Shown here in pieces: positions 52,930 through 64,000 of a stretch of DNA of 64,000 bases. Source of the DNA: Tubulanus polymorphus (lineage: Eukaryota; Animalia; Nemertea). The notes below the pieces were generated by a model, which ran no database searches, was not told where the DNA came from, and saw only the letters and a list, made by a program, of their open reading frames with translations. Both the position numbers and the translations under genes were made by a program. The number at the start of each line of letters is the position of its first letter. Within the stretch, counting starts at the first letter, position 1. The stretch is taken from the NCBI RefSeq assembly GCF_964204645.1, contig NC_134029.1, positions 23,120,950 through 23,184,949 on the forward strand, in the 5' to 3' direction.

Positions 52930-53828
52930 ATTGCTATCAACACTTTCACTTTATTGTCTGATGACGAATGTGTTTTAGTGATCATTCCAAACCCAGTCAG
53001 ATAGATGTCAATCCAGCACCAAGTGTTTTCCTTATGCTGGGATTTTAGACTGCCTAAACCATAGACTCTGGAAATTCGTTTTTAGAGTCCATTATGTAAC
53101 CATGGGCATTTAGTTTTATGTCTGTGATAATAATGTAACATTGCCGGAAACTGTGGTTGTATGTCCATGATGTAATATTGCTGAACGTTGCTCTACAGGT
53201 TTTGGAGTCATTTGGCGTTATTTTAATGTAATCTGCAGTTTTAATCTGCATGTAGACCACGTGTGTGATTATATGTAATGTTCACGTGATTGTTACAGTA
53301 AATCGATATAAAACACAAATGGATGAAATTATTTCGAATAGAATATGTTTTTTAACATATCCAATCCGTCGAGGGTTATCTGAGTATGCATATGAATCAG
53401 AAATCGATTTTTCCGATCAGTTTTATTTCTCGTACGCATCGGCATTTATTTCTGAATGTCTGATTTTAAATGTCAGCAGCTGTTTTTATCGATGACGCGC
53501 ACATCGATTTCCGCGTAGTCGCCAAAATTCATATTGATATCTATTTTTTTCCTATGAGTGTTAGTGCTTAGTACGGCAGAGATAAGTATTTCCATCTTGC
53601 TATTTTTAAGGGAAGTCTATTGTTTGATTCTTGGAATTTTTCTAACTCTTGGTCACCCAGTTTCTCAATGGGAAGTACATATATTGTATCAACATCAGGC
53701 TGAATATACTACAGACATAGATTGTCACTTCCAGTTGATCAAGTCCTGTAATAGAATCTCTTGATGCTTTCATCTCTAAATGATATTTCATGCTTGGCAA
53801 ATATCTTATTGTTCAAAAGGTGAAAGTA

Positions 53829-54110
53829 TAGCCGTGATCACGCGAGCATTTGTGGCCCGGGCCAAATTTAGTCTGAACAACTGTTCACACGGGCCAAATG
53901 GGCCCTGTTTGCCCGACCAAAAACATCAGACCAGGCCCGTGCCAAATTTTAGCACGGGACAAATGATTGCGTGTGAATTGCATCTGGTTCCAGAAATGAC
54001 CCACTTCGCTTCATTTGAGCATTGGTTTAGTATCGAGTGAGTGGTTTGTGTATGAGGGCGCTTTCTGATTAGGCTTTGGCCAAATATGGCTCGCGCAAAC
54101 ACCATCTCCT
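53829..54110 (+). repeat. GGGCCAAAT-rich element family, copy 2
   Basis: Similar to 46845-47100 (reverse complement) and 57095-57402; related degenerate pieces at ~50790-50935 and ~54335-54600. Confidence 0.75.
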
Positions 54111-55044
54111 CATTCTTAGAATCAGAGATGAAATTATATTGTTTTCCGCCGTATAATGAAGATTTGTGCTGAGATTCCGGAAACTTCCACCAGAGTGCAG
54201 TTTATCATGTAAGATATAGTTCTCATTTGTGCCACTGTGCGGCGTTCAGTTCACTGATATCTAACCGTACAGAAATAATCATCACCTCTGTCAAAACTTA
54301 ACTCCAAATTTGGGCTCGATTCCTATGAAATAAAGCAGCGATCACATGACAATTTTGACCCGTGCCAGATTAGGCCCCGGGCAACGGTTCACTCTGGTGT
54401 CAAATGGGTCCGTGCTAACTGATTCTGGATGTGATTCAACTCACTTGCCACAGCATCATTTTGATAGCATTTTAGTAACGAGTGATTGATTTACGTGTGA
54501 ATATGCTCTAATTAGGCACAGTCCAAGTTTGACTCGGGTCTGGTCTGGGCAAGTTTGATGCGGGCCAAATCATCCAAATCATCTCCGTGCGATACCAGCT
54601 TCACCTGAACTATGTCTTATCTCGGGAATTGATCATCACAGGCAATAATTCCATAGTCGAAGATTGAATTCTGAAATTGACTTTAATCTTTGACTGTGTG
54701 ATTGGTTATAGGAACTAAATGCGCTTCGACCGGGCTTATCTTGATTTATAGCTGTTTGTTGAAATATTATGGTTAATCAATGTATGATTTATGGTAAAAA
54801 TACATCGTAAAAATTTTTTATCAAGTGTATACCAGCATTTTCATATTCGAAAAAAAACCTTTGAGTTAGGGAAGTTAAATATTCAATGTCGTTGATAAGC
54901 TAATGATATTGCTGGGTGGCTAATTAAGAGATATATAATTCTCAGTCTGTATTATACAACAGTGTAATAAACACTTGGGGTGCGGACTTATTAATCATTA
55001 TATAATTGTGAGAGGAGGCGTACTCGGTTTATATAGACTTTTAG

Positions 55045-55127
55045 ATGCGCCATCATTTTCTCATGTCTGCAACTTCCTGGATCAGTCACTTTTTGAAGAT
55101 CTTTAAGAAATCAGTTATCAGGTTTAG
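55045..55127 (+). CDS. Candidate alternative first coding exon B
   Basis: MRHHFLMSATSWISHFLKIFKKSVIRF followed by AG|GTAAGT, phase 2. Confidence 0.35.
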
Positions 55128-55439
55128 GTAAGTTCTTTTTCTTATTTAGCTGTATGTAACCTGTAAAAATCTTGCTGATTGATGCGTTGTCAATTTAACA
55201 GGTCTGTCAGGGTCTTCATACATGTATGTAGTATCCAGGCTTTTTTTTGATAATTGGAGTACAGTTTTTATCAAGAGAAAATGGAAGGGCGAAGGGAGAA
55301 AATTAACTTATGGCAAGTCATTAGATCGAAAATTAAGATTAAGACAGAAATATTTAAGAAATTCTTTTGGAAAAGCTAAGAGGAAAACACAAGTATGACA
55401 TCTATCCCAATACGGTATGATGTTTTAGGCAGAATGGAA

Positions 55440-55745
55440 TAGAATCCTACTATTTTAGCGACATTCGCCAATAGGAAATTATGGAAGCAGAACTTTCAAT
55501 ATTTCGGCACCTTACTTATGGGATTCTATTTCTAAAACTGTTGATATGTCTATTAATATCTTTAAGCGTAATCTTAAAACTTACCTTTTTAGAAGAACAT
55601 TTGAAGTGAGATTATCTTTTTACATCTTCTTAGTTTCTCATTTTGTTTATTTCTGTCTAAATGATCTTGATATTTTTGTACGTACTTCGTAAAGCGTTTT
55701 GATTAAGAAGATGAGAAAATAAGTTATTAATATATTATTATCAAT
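55440..55745 (+). mobile_element. 3' end of an L2/CR1-group LINE
   Basis: Translates NYGSRTFNISAPYLWDSI..IFKRNLKTYLF, the typical L2 ORF2 C-terminal motif, followed by a short UTR and a TATTATTA tail. Confidence 0.75.
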
Positions 55746-55920
55746 AGAACTAAACGATATCTGTAAAAATCTAATTATAAAGATTATATTTTATATAGAT
55801 AATAATTTTCTAATCTTATCGTATCTCGATAAAAGACTCCAGTGCAGAAATTAACATTGGCTTATAACGAATCGGTTTATTTGTCGAATAAACACTATAA
55901 TCCGTGTATACTGTAGATAA

Positions 55921-56134
55921 ATGAAGAAATCCCACACTTCGAATTTAAAATTATACAATCAAATTTATTATTATGAAACCACAACCTTTCGGCCGTTGAC
56001 TAACAGCCATCATCAGGTGGAATGATGATGGCTTCCACCTGACGATGGCTGTTAGTCAACAGCCGAAACGTTGTGGTTTCATAATAATAAATTTGATCGT
56101 ATAATTTTAAATTCGAAGTGTGGGATTTCTTCAT
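55921..56134. mobile_element. 214-bp palindrome made of two inverted Penelope-type pseudo-LTR fragments
   Basis: Near-perfect ~100-bp arms around a 10-nt spacer; each arm contains a hammerhead core. Confidence 0.8.
56035..56076 (+). ncRNA. Minimal type-I hammerhead ribozyme (mirror copy on the - strand at 55979-56020)
   Basis: CCAC-CTGACGA-T-GGCTGTT(AGTC)AACAGCC-GAAA-CG-TT-GTGG: stems I and II fully paired, conserved core. Confidence 0.8.
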
Positions 56135-56409
56135 GAATCCGTTAATGATCGGATATATTCCAAATTGAATTATGGTCGAGACAAAATATGAACCCGATGT
56201 CAATCAAGGACGCTGCTATCAGTAATCAATAATTAATTAGTCGGATTAATTAGTAAGCCACTCGTTATTCTATGGATTCTGGCTGTAGACTAGACGCGGA
56301 GACAGAGAGAGGTGTTATCATCGAGATCGGTGAATCTTATTGCTGTATATAAATCATGATATCAGATAAAACCTGACTATATTCACGTTCACTCGATATA
56401 CAGTTCGCG

Positions 56410-56592
56410 CAGTCCAGTCTACATTGTTCCATTTCATTTCAGTCCAGTCTACATTGTTCCATTTCATTTCAGTCCAGTCTACATTGTTCCATTTCATTTC
56501 AGTCCAGTCTACATTGTTCCATTTCATTTCAGTCCAGTCTACATTGTTCCATTTCATTTCAGTCCAGTCTACATTGTTCCATTTCATTTCAG
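56410..56592. repeat. 30-bp minisatellite x6 (AGTCCAGTCTACATTGTTCCATTTCATTTC)
   Basis: Six identical tandem units. Confidence 0.97.
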
Positions 56593-56609
56593 AATGTACA
56601 ATTTAAATG

Positions 56610-56790
56610 CATCAAAAGTATTCATCCAGGTCTATTGAAAAGTTTAGAATGGATGAAATGGAATGCTATAATTGTCTGTCAATCACAGTGCTGGGTCTAG
56701 CTGGACCAGTGAAAACAGTTGATTTAAAACATTGTGTGAACGCACAACATTGATTTGATTCATTCTAATTTGGTCCGTTTGGGTCGATTA
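56610..56790. repeat. Dispersed element; an inverted second copy lies at ~60055-60290
   Basis: TCTAGCTGGACCAGTGA..TGTGTGAACGCACAACATTGATTTG..TTCTAATTTGGTCC; reverse complement found at 60070-60155. Confidence 0.7.
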
Positions 56791-57094
56791 GGAACACACA
56801 CTGCGAATTGCGAATTCGTTGCGAATGTGGCTTATGAAAATACCTGAAATATTCATGTTTTAAAAATGAAATATATCACTTTTCAACCACTCATTCATCC
56901 TGGGAGCTGTTTTTGATGACCCCCTTGAGAAGGTTTATGAAACGTTGGTTTTGAATGCCTCCTACTTAGCGAATTTATTACAAGTGGAGGTATTAATTAT
57001 CCTTCCAATTATCATGAGAGTTGTATAAGTCTTGCTAATTGGCTTTTGTGAATTCTATAAGTATTGGCCAGTTATAAAGGCAGGTGTCGGTCCA

Positions 57095-57402
57095 TATGAT
57101 ACTTGCAACTGGTCGAAAATGGGTGGTTTTTGGCCCAGGCCAAATTTCGCCGGAAAAGCTGTTCACACGGGTGCCAAATGGGCCCGTGCCTTTTTGACCA
57201 GAGTCCAATTTGGCCCGTTAAATAGTTGAGCATGAATTGCAACTGGTTCTGGAAGTGACTCACTTCGCTTTGTTTGAGCATTGTTTAGTATCACAAGAGT
57301 GGTTTACATGCGAACTTTCTAATTAGGCACGGGCCAAATTTGACTAGGGCCTGATCCGTGCCGATATGGCCCTGGCCTAATTGTCTCCTTGTGATGGCGG
57401 CT
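57095..57402 (+). repeat. GGGCCAAAT-rich element family, copy 3
   Basis: CTGTTCACACGGG..CCAAATGGGCCC..GAATTGCAACTGGTTCTGGAAGTGACTCACTTCGCTT shared with 53829-54110. Confidence 0.75.
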
Positions 57403-59016
57403 ATTGTGTGACGGATATAGTGTTCTACCAATCGTGATTGTGCGACTCGTTTCAGTCACAAGAAAGAGTCAGTCAGAAAGTAGAACATGTACAACTCATT
57501 GCCACTTGTATCATTGGCAGTTGTAAGGCTGTCTAGTTGCAGACAGTTGCAGAGAATCAAGTTGCAACAAGTTTCTGGTTTCCACGATGGACTGAATTCT
57601 TGTTTGCAGTGTCAGTAATATTCCAACACGATGTCTTTATCTCAATGATGATGTCCGATGTTTCCTATTCAATTTTCCTTTCGTTTCGTGTGCATCTTCT
57701 TAAATGATTACCTTTCCTATTACATTCATTCTGTTGTGAAGCTATATTCAGTTTGATGCTTTGCGCCGGGGGGGGGGGGGGGAGTTGGCCTGTTGTGAAC
57801 CTGGTTTGATGTTTCAATGATCGACGAGATCGTTTTGCATCCCCCCACGTTTTGTTCGTGCGCACAAAGAAATTTACGCTGTCATTAACTGACGACAGCC
57901 CACGGCATTTTCATTAGTTCATTATGCTTGATATGCTTGCCGGATTTTCTGACTTTTTAGCAGTTATTGTTGCGACGCGCTCAGGATTGAAAGCGCCACA
58001 GAACTCCTAACTGGGCACTTGTGTCGTTGGTAGTTTTTAGTGTACATAAAGTCATGCCTGATTCTGAAAATCATTTTTTCTGCGCTTTTTCAAATTTCTG
58101 TAGTTAATTTTTTCATGAATTACTTTTCGATTTTATTTTCTAAAATGTCTTAACCGATGATGAATCGTAGTCAGTGAAATGAAATAGGAAGTTATTACGA
58201 AGATGAACTTTGATTGGCCACCAGCCGGGAAACTACGCGTGTGGTGCTAAATGCACACGCCGTATGGCATTCATCAAGGATGTACTGTTAAGAAGTGAAT
58301 ATCCATAGCCGGACTTAGCTTAAACCATTTCTGGTTGGATTACTTATTATTTCTGACGTGACTTTATGAAATCGCTCTCCACTTCAGACGACTTGTGTCG
58401 CAGACGTTTAAACATCATCTTCCGTTCGTGCTGGGTTAGATTTGGAAATATGGCATATATATCTTATTGGGGATACAACGAGCTTCAAGTCTGAGGCATC
58501 ACTTCGTCTTAATGTGTTGTTTGATGAACGACTTGACGAACAGATATGTTGGAAGGTGTTGAACGTATTTACTTTGGATTTTAATGGAAAGTTAGTCGAT
58601 CGTCGAGGAAGATATTCAAACCTGAAATCGATCGAAATCGTAAATATTTGAAGTGCCGAAAGAATTTCTGAAATATAGTGAAGAGTACGTTCATCTGTAA
58701 CGAGGATTCTTCAGATTTGAGTCGATGAGTGAAATTGATGGCATTGATAAGATGTGAATTCTCATGCATTCAACGATGATCAGCTACTTATACTATTATT
58801 ATGATAATGCAAGTATTCAGCATTTAAGTAACTGAAAAGAATCCATCCAACATGAATCGCATGAAATCATCAACTTCTGCGTGCAGGCTGGTTGTTTTAT
58901 CGTGAGACCTGTTGAACGTTTTATCGCCATTGATATATTTGCGCAGCACGTTTTAATAAGGAATTATTGAGAGAACGACTGCTGGCAAACACACGTTTCA
59001 AATCATTAGAACCAGG

Positions 59017-59093
59017 ATGCATTCGAAGTCGTCAAATAAATTCACATCACTGCATCGAGCTCTGTCCGAGACAGAAATGGTTCGTAAATTAAG
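59017..59093 (+). CDS. Candidate alternative first coding exon C
   Basis: MHSKSSNKFTSLHRALSETEMVRKL followed by AG|GTAGGT, phase 2, with an in-frame stop upstream. Confidence 0.4.
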
Positions 59094-61856
59094 GTAGGTC
59101 GCCTTGTTTTTTTTCATACGCTCTTCACATCATCGATTGCGGCGGTCTCATCAACTCATTAAATCGGTTTCAGTAGTTTTACCGACAACATGAGAATTCT
59201 ATATTTCGAATGAAATTAGAGATGCTTCCTTAGCTTCTATTTCTTCAAAGAAATTGGTCGAAGTCCGAGTTCGTCTTCCTGTACAAAAGTTTGATCTTAT
59301 CTTCCTCAATTAGACCTTTAAGTTTTATATCCGTAGTTAATCCTTATCGCAGTCTCCAGCTACGAATGAACGCAGCTTTAGCGACATCAACTCGAGCAAT
59401 AGCTGCTTCTAGATTCACAAACTACAAATTTTAAATCAGTAAATTGCTCACAGATATCACAACTGATAATTCCAGCTCATTCTTCAGTTATAGCACCCCG
59501 AGATTTCCGCTTCGCAAGCACAGGGTAACTACGTTAAAAATCCTTAAATCGACGATCAGGAACCAACGACGAGAACACGTTCTTAAAACTTCAAACCGTA
59601 AAGTTCACTTTCGTTTACTACAGATAAACAACATCGAAACGGAGTGATATTTCTGTTATTTCTGGTTTTTCATCGATCAACATTTTGTGAATATTAGACG
59701 TTGATTACATATATTGCGTAGAGTGATGTAATTTGAGATTCATGTAATATTGAACACGCACATACATACATACACACACGGTGGGAAGAAGGCAACAAGC
59801 TGCAGTTTGTGATAATTTGATTTCCAACGATGAAACATTATCTGCTTTCAATATCGAATATAAATCACAGCGCGCTTCGCATGATTTACAATAAATAACT
59901 CGGGTAAAATTCAGCGTTCGTAATAGATATGATTCATGTATCGGGTTTGAATGAAAAGCTATCTGTAATGTTAAAAAGACTGCGGAGCGTCTCTTTCATT
60001 TTTTATTCTTTATAAACAGCGCTGACACTATCGCTAGTTAGTCCGTTCTGATTTGACCCGCACTTTGAATGGACCAATTTAGAACGGACCAAATCAATGT
60101 TGCGCGTTCACACATTGTTTTTAGAATCAGCTGCTATCACTGGTCCAGCTAGATGCAATGCTGTGTTTGACAGGCAAAGTTTCTATTCACAGAGAATTGG
60201 TCTCTTTATTCGGTTTCGATTCTAAAATGGAATGGACCGATTTAGAACAGACCTTTTACTAGTATGAACGCTTGGTCCGATCTAAGTTTGAATTCGGAAC
60301 TTTCTATAGATAACCTACTATGAAAACTGATATTTGAATATATTATATCAGAAATACCCAAAGGACGCTTTTATTTTCATTACATTGAAATTTGTATTTG
60401 AATAATTGCCTAAGGATGAACGATGAGGTGCAAATGATATGTTGGTTTCCAACTTCAATGGCGCGCCTCAACTTCAGATGAAATTGATGGTGAATGAACG
60501 ATAATAAGTGGTATTGTGGACTAAGTATAGTTTACACATCCATCGTAGGCGATCCGGAATATGGATCTTTCTTACGATTTGTGATGAAAATGTCACTTAT
60601 GCTATAAAATACCAAAAGTCGCCTTAAATACTCCATCAAAAGTCACTGCGTACATATGTAAAACACATTCTATCTATCATATTAGCGGTAATTCATGTCA
60701 GGAATAACTATATCCTTCACTAATTTACCGGGTGACTATAACGATCATGTTACCTCTAGTGACCTGTGAATATGTATTGAATGATTTGATAATTTGTATG
60801 TAAATATGAGAACTTGTTGTGTATAATATGATTCTATAGATTATTATATCAATGGTAGTTGAAGGTCTGGTCACTTTTAATTAATAAGTAGCACAGACTT
60901 CATCGATGATAGTTATATAAGGATGCTGAGTGAGAATTTTTCGGCTATTCTAATACCCCTTAAGCCCTCGATATGTTTTGGTATGATTCCGGACCTGGAT
61001 CCGGTTTGTTAAATTTTAACTTGTTGTTAACCGCTGATTTGGAAGCTGAATATGACTTCGGATTTCGAAGTTAATGAAATTTGAAAAACACATATTTGGC
61101 TCTTGAATCCGGTTCCACGAGTTAGAGTTAAAATCAGTTCATTTTCATTGAGTTAATGATGATGAAAATCAAAATCTTAGCTTAAAAGCGTGTAACTGGA
61201 TCTTGGTTAACTAACTCTTTGAATTGAGTTATTTGACTGAAGCGTCTGATGCTAACTCACGAGTTCAGCAGAGAACCGTCAAACTGCGTCGACTGCATTT
61301 CTACTCAACAAGTTGTTATTACCAAATTTTGCGCAGCGACTAAAACGAGACGTAGGGAAAATGATTATGGATAATGGATCGTAAAACTGCCGGATAATCT
61401 GTTTTACTGTTCGCCTCATCTAATTCTATATTGTAAATCCCGGGTGGTGATGGGAGCTATGAACATCGATTGACCGCAAGATTACTTCCCGAAATAAGCC
61501 ATTTGCGGCCATTACATAGTTCTGAAGAGAGGAAATTTCTATTCGACGTTATAACTGCGATATGCCGCCACAAAGTAAAACAAGAAAACCAACTTGAAAC
61601 TTTATATTATTGACGCCTTGAAAAACTTCACACAATATTCCAATCGATATCGCAATTCACTTTTTGAAATACATGAAAATGAATTGAATAGAAAATACAA
61701 GAGTCGTGAAATTTATTTCATTACTAAATAAACTGATGACGTAGTGGTTCTCCTAGAATAATGCTTTGTAGTTATCAAAATATATAGAAATATTTTTATA
61801 ACGGTTTTTATGGCGTCAAAGAAGCTAGAAAAGAATTCTGAATAGCCTCGATTAAG

Positions 61857-64000
61857 ATGAGGGAGGGGAGTGATGAATACAACCCTTTCCCATTGTGACG
61901 AGGGAGGGGAGTGATGAATACAACCCTTTCCCATTGTGACGAGGAAGGGGAGTGATGAATACAACCCTTTCCCATTGTGATGAGGAAGGGGAGAGATGAA
62001 TACAACCCTTTCCCATTGTGACGAGGAAGGGGAGTGATGAATACAACCCTTTCCCATTGTGATGAGGAAGGGGAGAGATGAATACAACCCTTTCCCATTG
62101 TGACGAGGAAGGGGAGAGATGAATACAACCCTTTCCCATTGTGATGAGGAAGGGGAGTGATGAATACAACCCTTTCCCATTGTGATGAGGAAGGGGAGTG
62201 ATGAATACAACCCTTTCCCATTGTGATGAGGAAGGGGAGTGATGAATACAACCCTTTCCCATTGTGATGAGGAAGGGGAGTGATGAATACAACCCTTTCC
62301 CATTGTGATGAGGAAGGGGAGTGATGAATACAACCCTTTCCCATTGTGATGAGGAAGGGGAGTGATGAATACAACCCTTTCCCATTGTGACGAGGAAGGG
62401 GAGTGATGAATACAACCCTTTCCCATTGTGATGAGGAAGGGGAGAGATGAATACAACCCTTTCCCATTGTGACGAGGAAGGGGAGTGATGAATACAACCC
62501 TTTCCCATTGTGACGAGGAAGGGGAGAGATGAATACAACCCTTTCCCATGGTGACGAGGAAGGGGAGTGATGAATACAACCCTTTCCCATTGTGACGAGG
62601 AAGGGGAGAGATGAATACAACCCTTTCCCATTGTGACGAGGAAGGGGAGTGATGAATACAACCCTTTCCCATTGTGACGAGGAAGGGGAGTGATGAATAC
62701 AACCCTTTCCCATTGTGACGAGGAAGGGGAGTGATGAATACAACCCTTTCCCATTGTGATGAGGAAGGGGAGAGATGAATACAACCCTTTCCCATTGTGA
62801 CGAGGAAGGGGAGTGATGAATACAACCCTTTCCCATTGTGATGAGGAAGGGGAGAGATGAATACAACCCTTTCCCATTGTGACGAGGAAGGGGAGTGATG
62901 AATACAACCCTTTCCCATTGTGATGAGGAAGGGGAGTGATGAATACAACCCTTTCCCATGGTGACGAGGAAGGGGAGTGATGAATACAACCCTTTCCCAT
63001 TGTGATGAGGAAGGGGAGAGATGAATACAACCCTTTCCCATTGTGACGAGGAAGGGGAGTGATGAATACAACCCTTTCCCATTGTGACGAGGAAGGGGAG
63101 AGATGAATACAACCCTTTCCCATGGTGACGAGGAAGGGGAGAGATGAATACAACCCTTTCCCATTGTGACGAGGAAGGGGAGTGATGAATACAACCCTTT
63201 CCCATGGTGACGAGGAAGGGGAGTGATGAATACAACCCTTTCCCATGGTGACGAGGAAGGGGAGAGATGAATACAACCCTTTCCCATTGTGACGAGGAAG
63301 GGGAGTGATGAATACAACCCTTTCCCATTGTGACGAGGAAGGGGAGAGATGAATACAACCCTTTCCCATGATGACGAGGAAGGGGAGAGATGAATACAAC
63401 CCTTTCCCATTGTGACGAGGAAGGGGAGAGATGAATACAACCCTTTCCCATGATGACGAGGAAGGGGAGAGATGAATACAACCCTTTCCCATGATGACGA
63501 GGAAGGGGAGAGATGAATACAACCCTTTCCCATGATGACGAGGAAGGGGAGAGATGAATACAACCCTTTCCCATGATGACGAGGAAGGGGAGAGATGAAT
63601 ACAACCCTTTCCCATGGTGACGAGGGAGGGGAGTGATGAATACAACCCTTTCCCATTGTGACGAGGAAGGGGAGAGATGAATACAACCCTTTCCCATGGT
63701 GACGAGGAAGGGGAGAGATGAATACAACCCTTTCCCATTGTGACGAGGAAGGGGAGAGATGAATACAACCCTTTCCCATTGTGACGAGGAAGGGGAGTGA
63801 TGAATACAACCCTTTCCCATTGTGACGAGGAAGGGGAGAGATGAATACAACCCTTTCCCATGGTGACGAGGAAGGGGAGAGATGAATACAACCCTTTCCC
63901 ATTGTGACGAGGAAGGGGAGAGATGAATACAACCCTTTCCCATGGTGACGAGGGAGGGGAGTGATGAATACAACCCTTTCCCATTGTGACGAGGAAGGGG
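61857..64000. repeat. 41-bp satellite/minisatellite array, >=52 copies, runs off the window
   Basis: Unit GAGGAAGGGGAG(T/A)GATGAATACAACCCTTTCCCAT(T/G)(G/A)TGA(C/T); no unique spacers. Confidence 0.98.

Noticed and set aside
56354-56606. MKWNNVDWTE repeat peptide
   Set aside because: 30-bp minisatellite with identical units, no signal peptide or splice support
56921-56950. CTTGAGAAG..GAAACGTTGG hammerhead-like core
   Set aside because: Stem II is absent; at most a decayed Penelope remnant
61713-63984. Three 710-739 aa ORFs on the - strand
   Set aside because: They are translations of the stop-free 41-bp satellite in all three frames; no evidence of coding function
61857-64000. CRISPR array or C/D snoRNA array
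   Set aside because: No unique spacers, no cas genes and a eukaryotic context; GTGATGA C-box-like words lack CTGA D boxes

Overview
AT-rich eukaryotic (invertebrate animal, probably lophotrochozoan; inferred from short GT-AG introns and gene content) genomic DNA, not prokaryotic. 0-44 kb is gene-dense. It holds a multi-exon LRRK1-like ROCO kinase (-), a small orphan gene (-), a divergent secreted S10 serine-carboxypeptidase homolog (+), an OATP/SLCO transporter (+), a MATE/SLC47 transporter (+), a condensation-domain/alcohol-acyltransferase-like gene (+) and four related intronless rhodopsin-class GPCR copies (two intact, one frameshifted, one remnant). The main hidden feature, absent from the ORF track, is a three-exon secreted toxin-like precursor at 26469-29925: signal peptide, acidic propeptide ending in KR, and a 41-aa, 8-Cys knottin-like mature peptide. 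44-64 kb has no long ORFs. It contains three candidate alternative first coding exons, many MITEs, an L2 LINE end, Penelope-type hammerhead ribozyme remnants and a 41-bp satellite whose long ORFs are artefacts.
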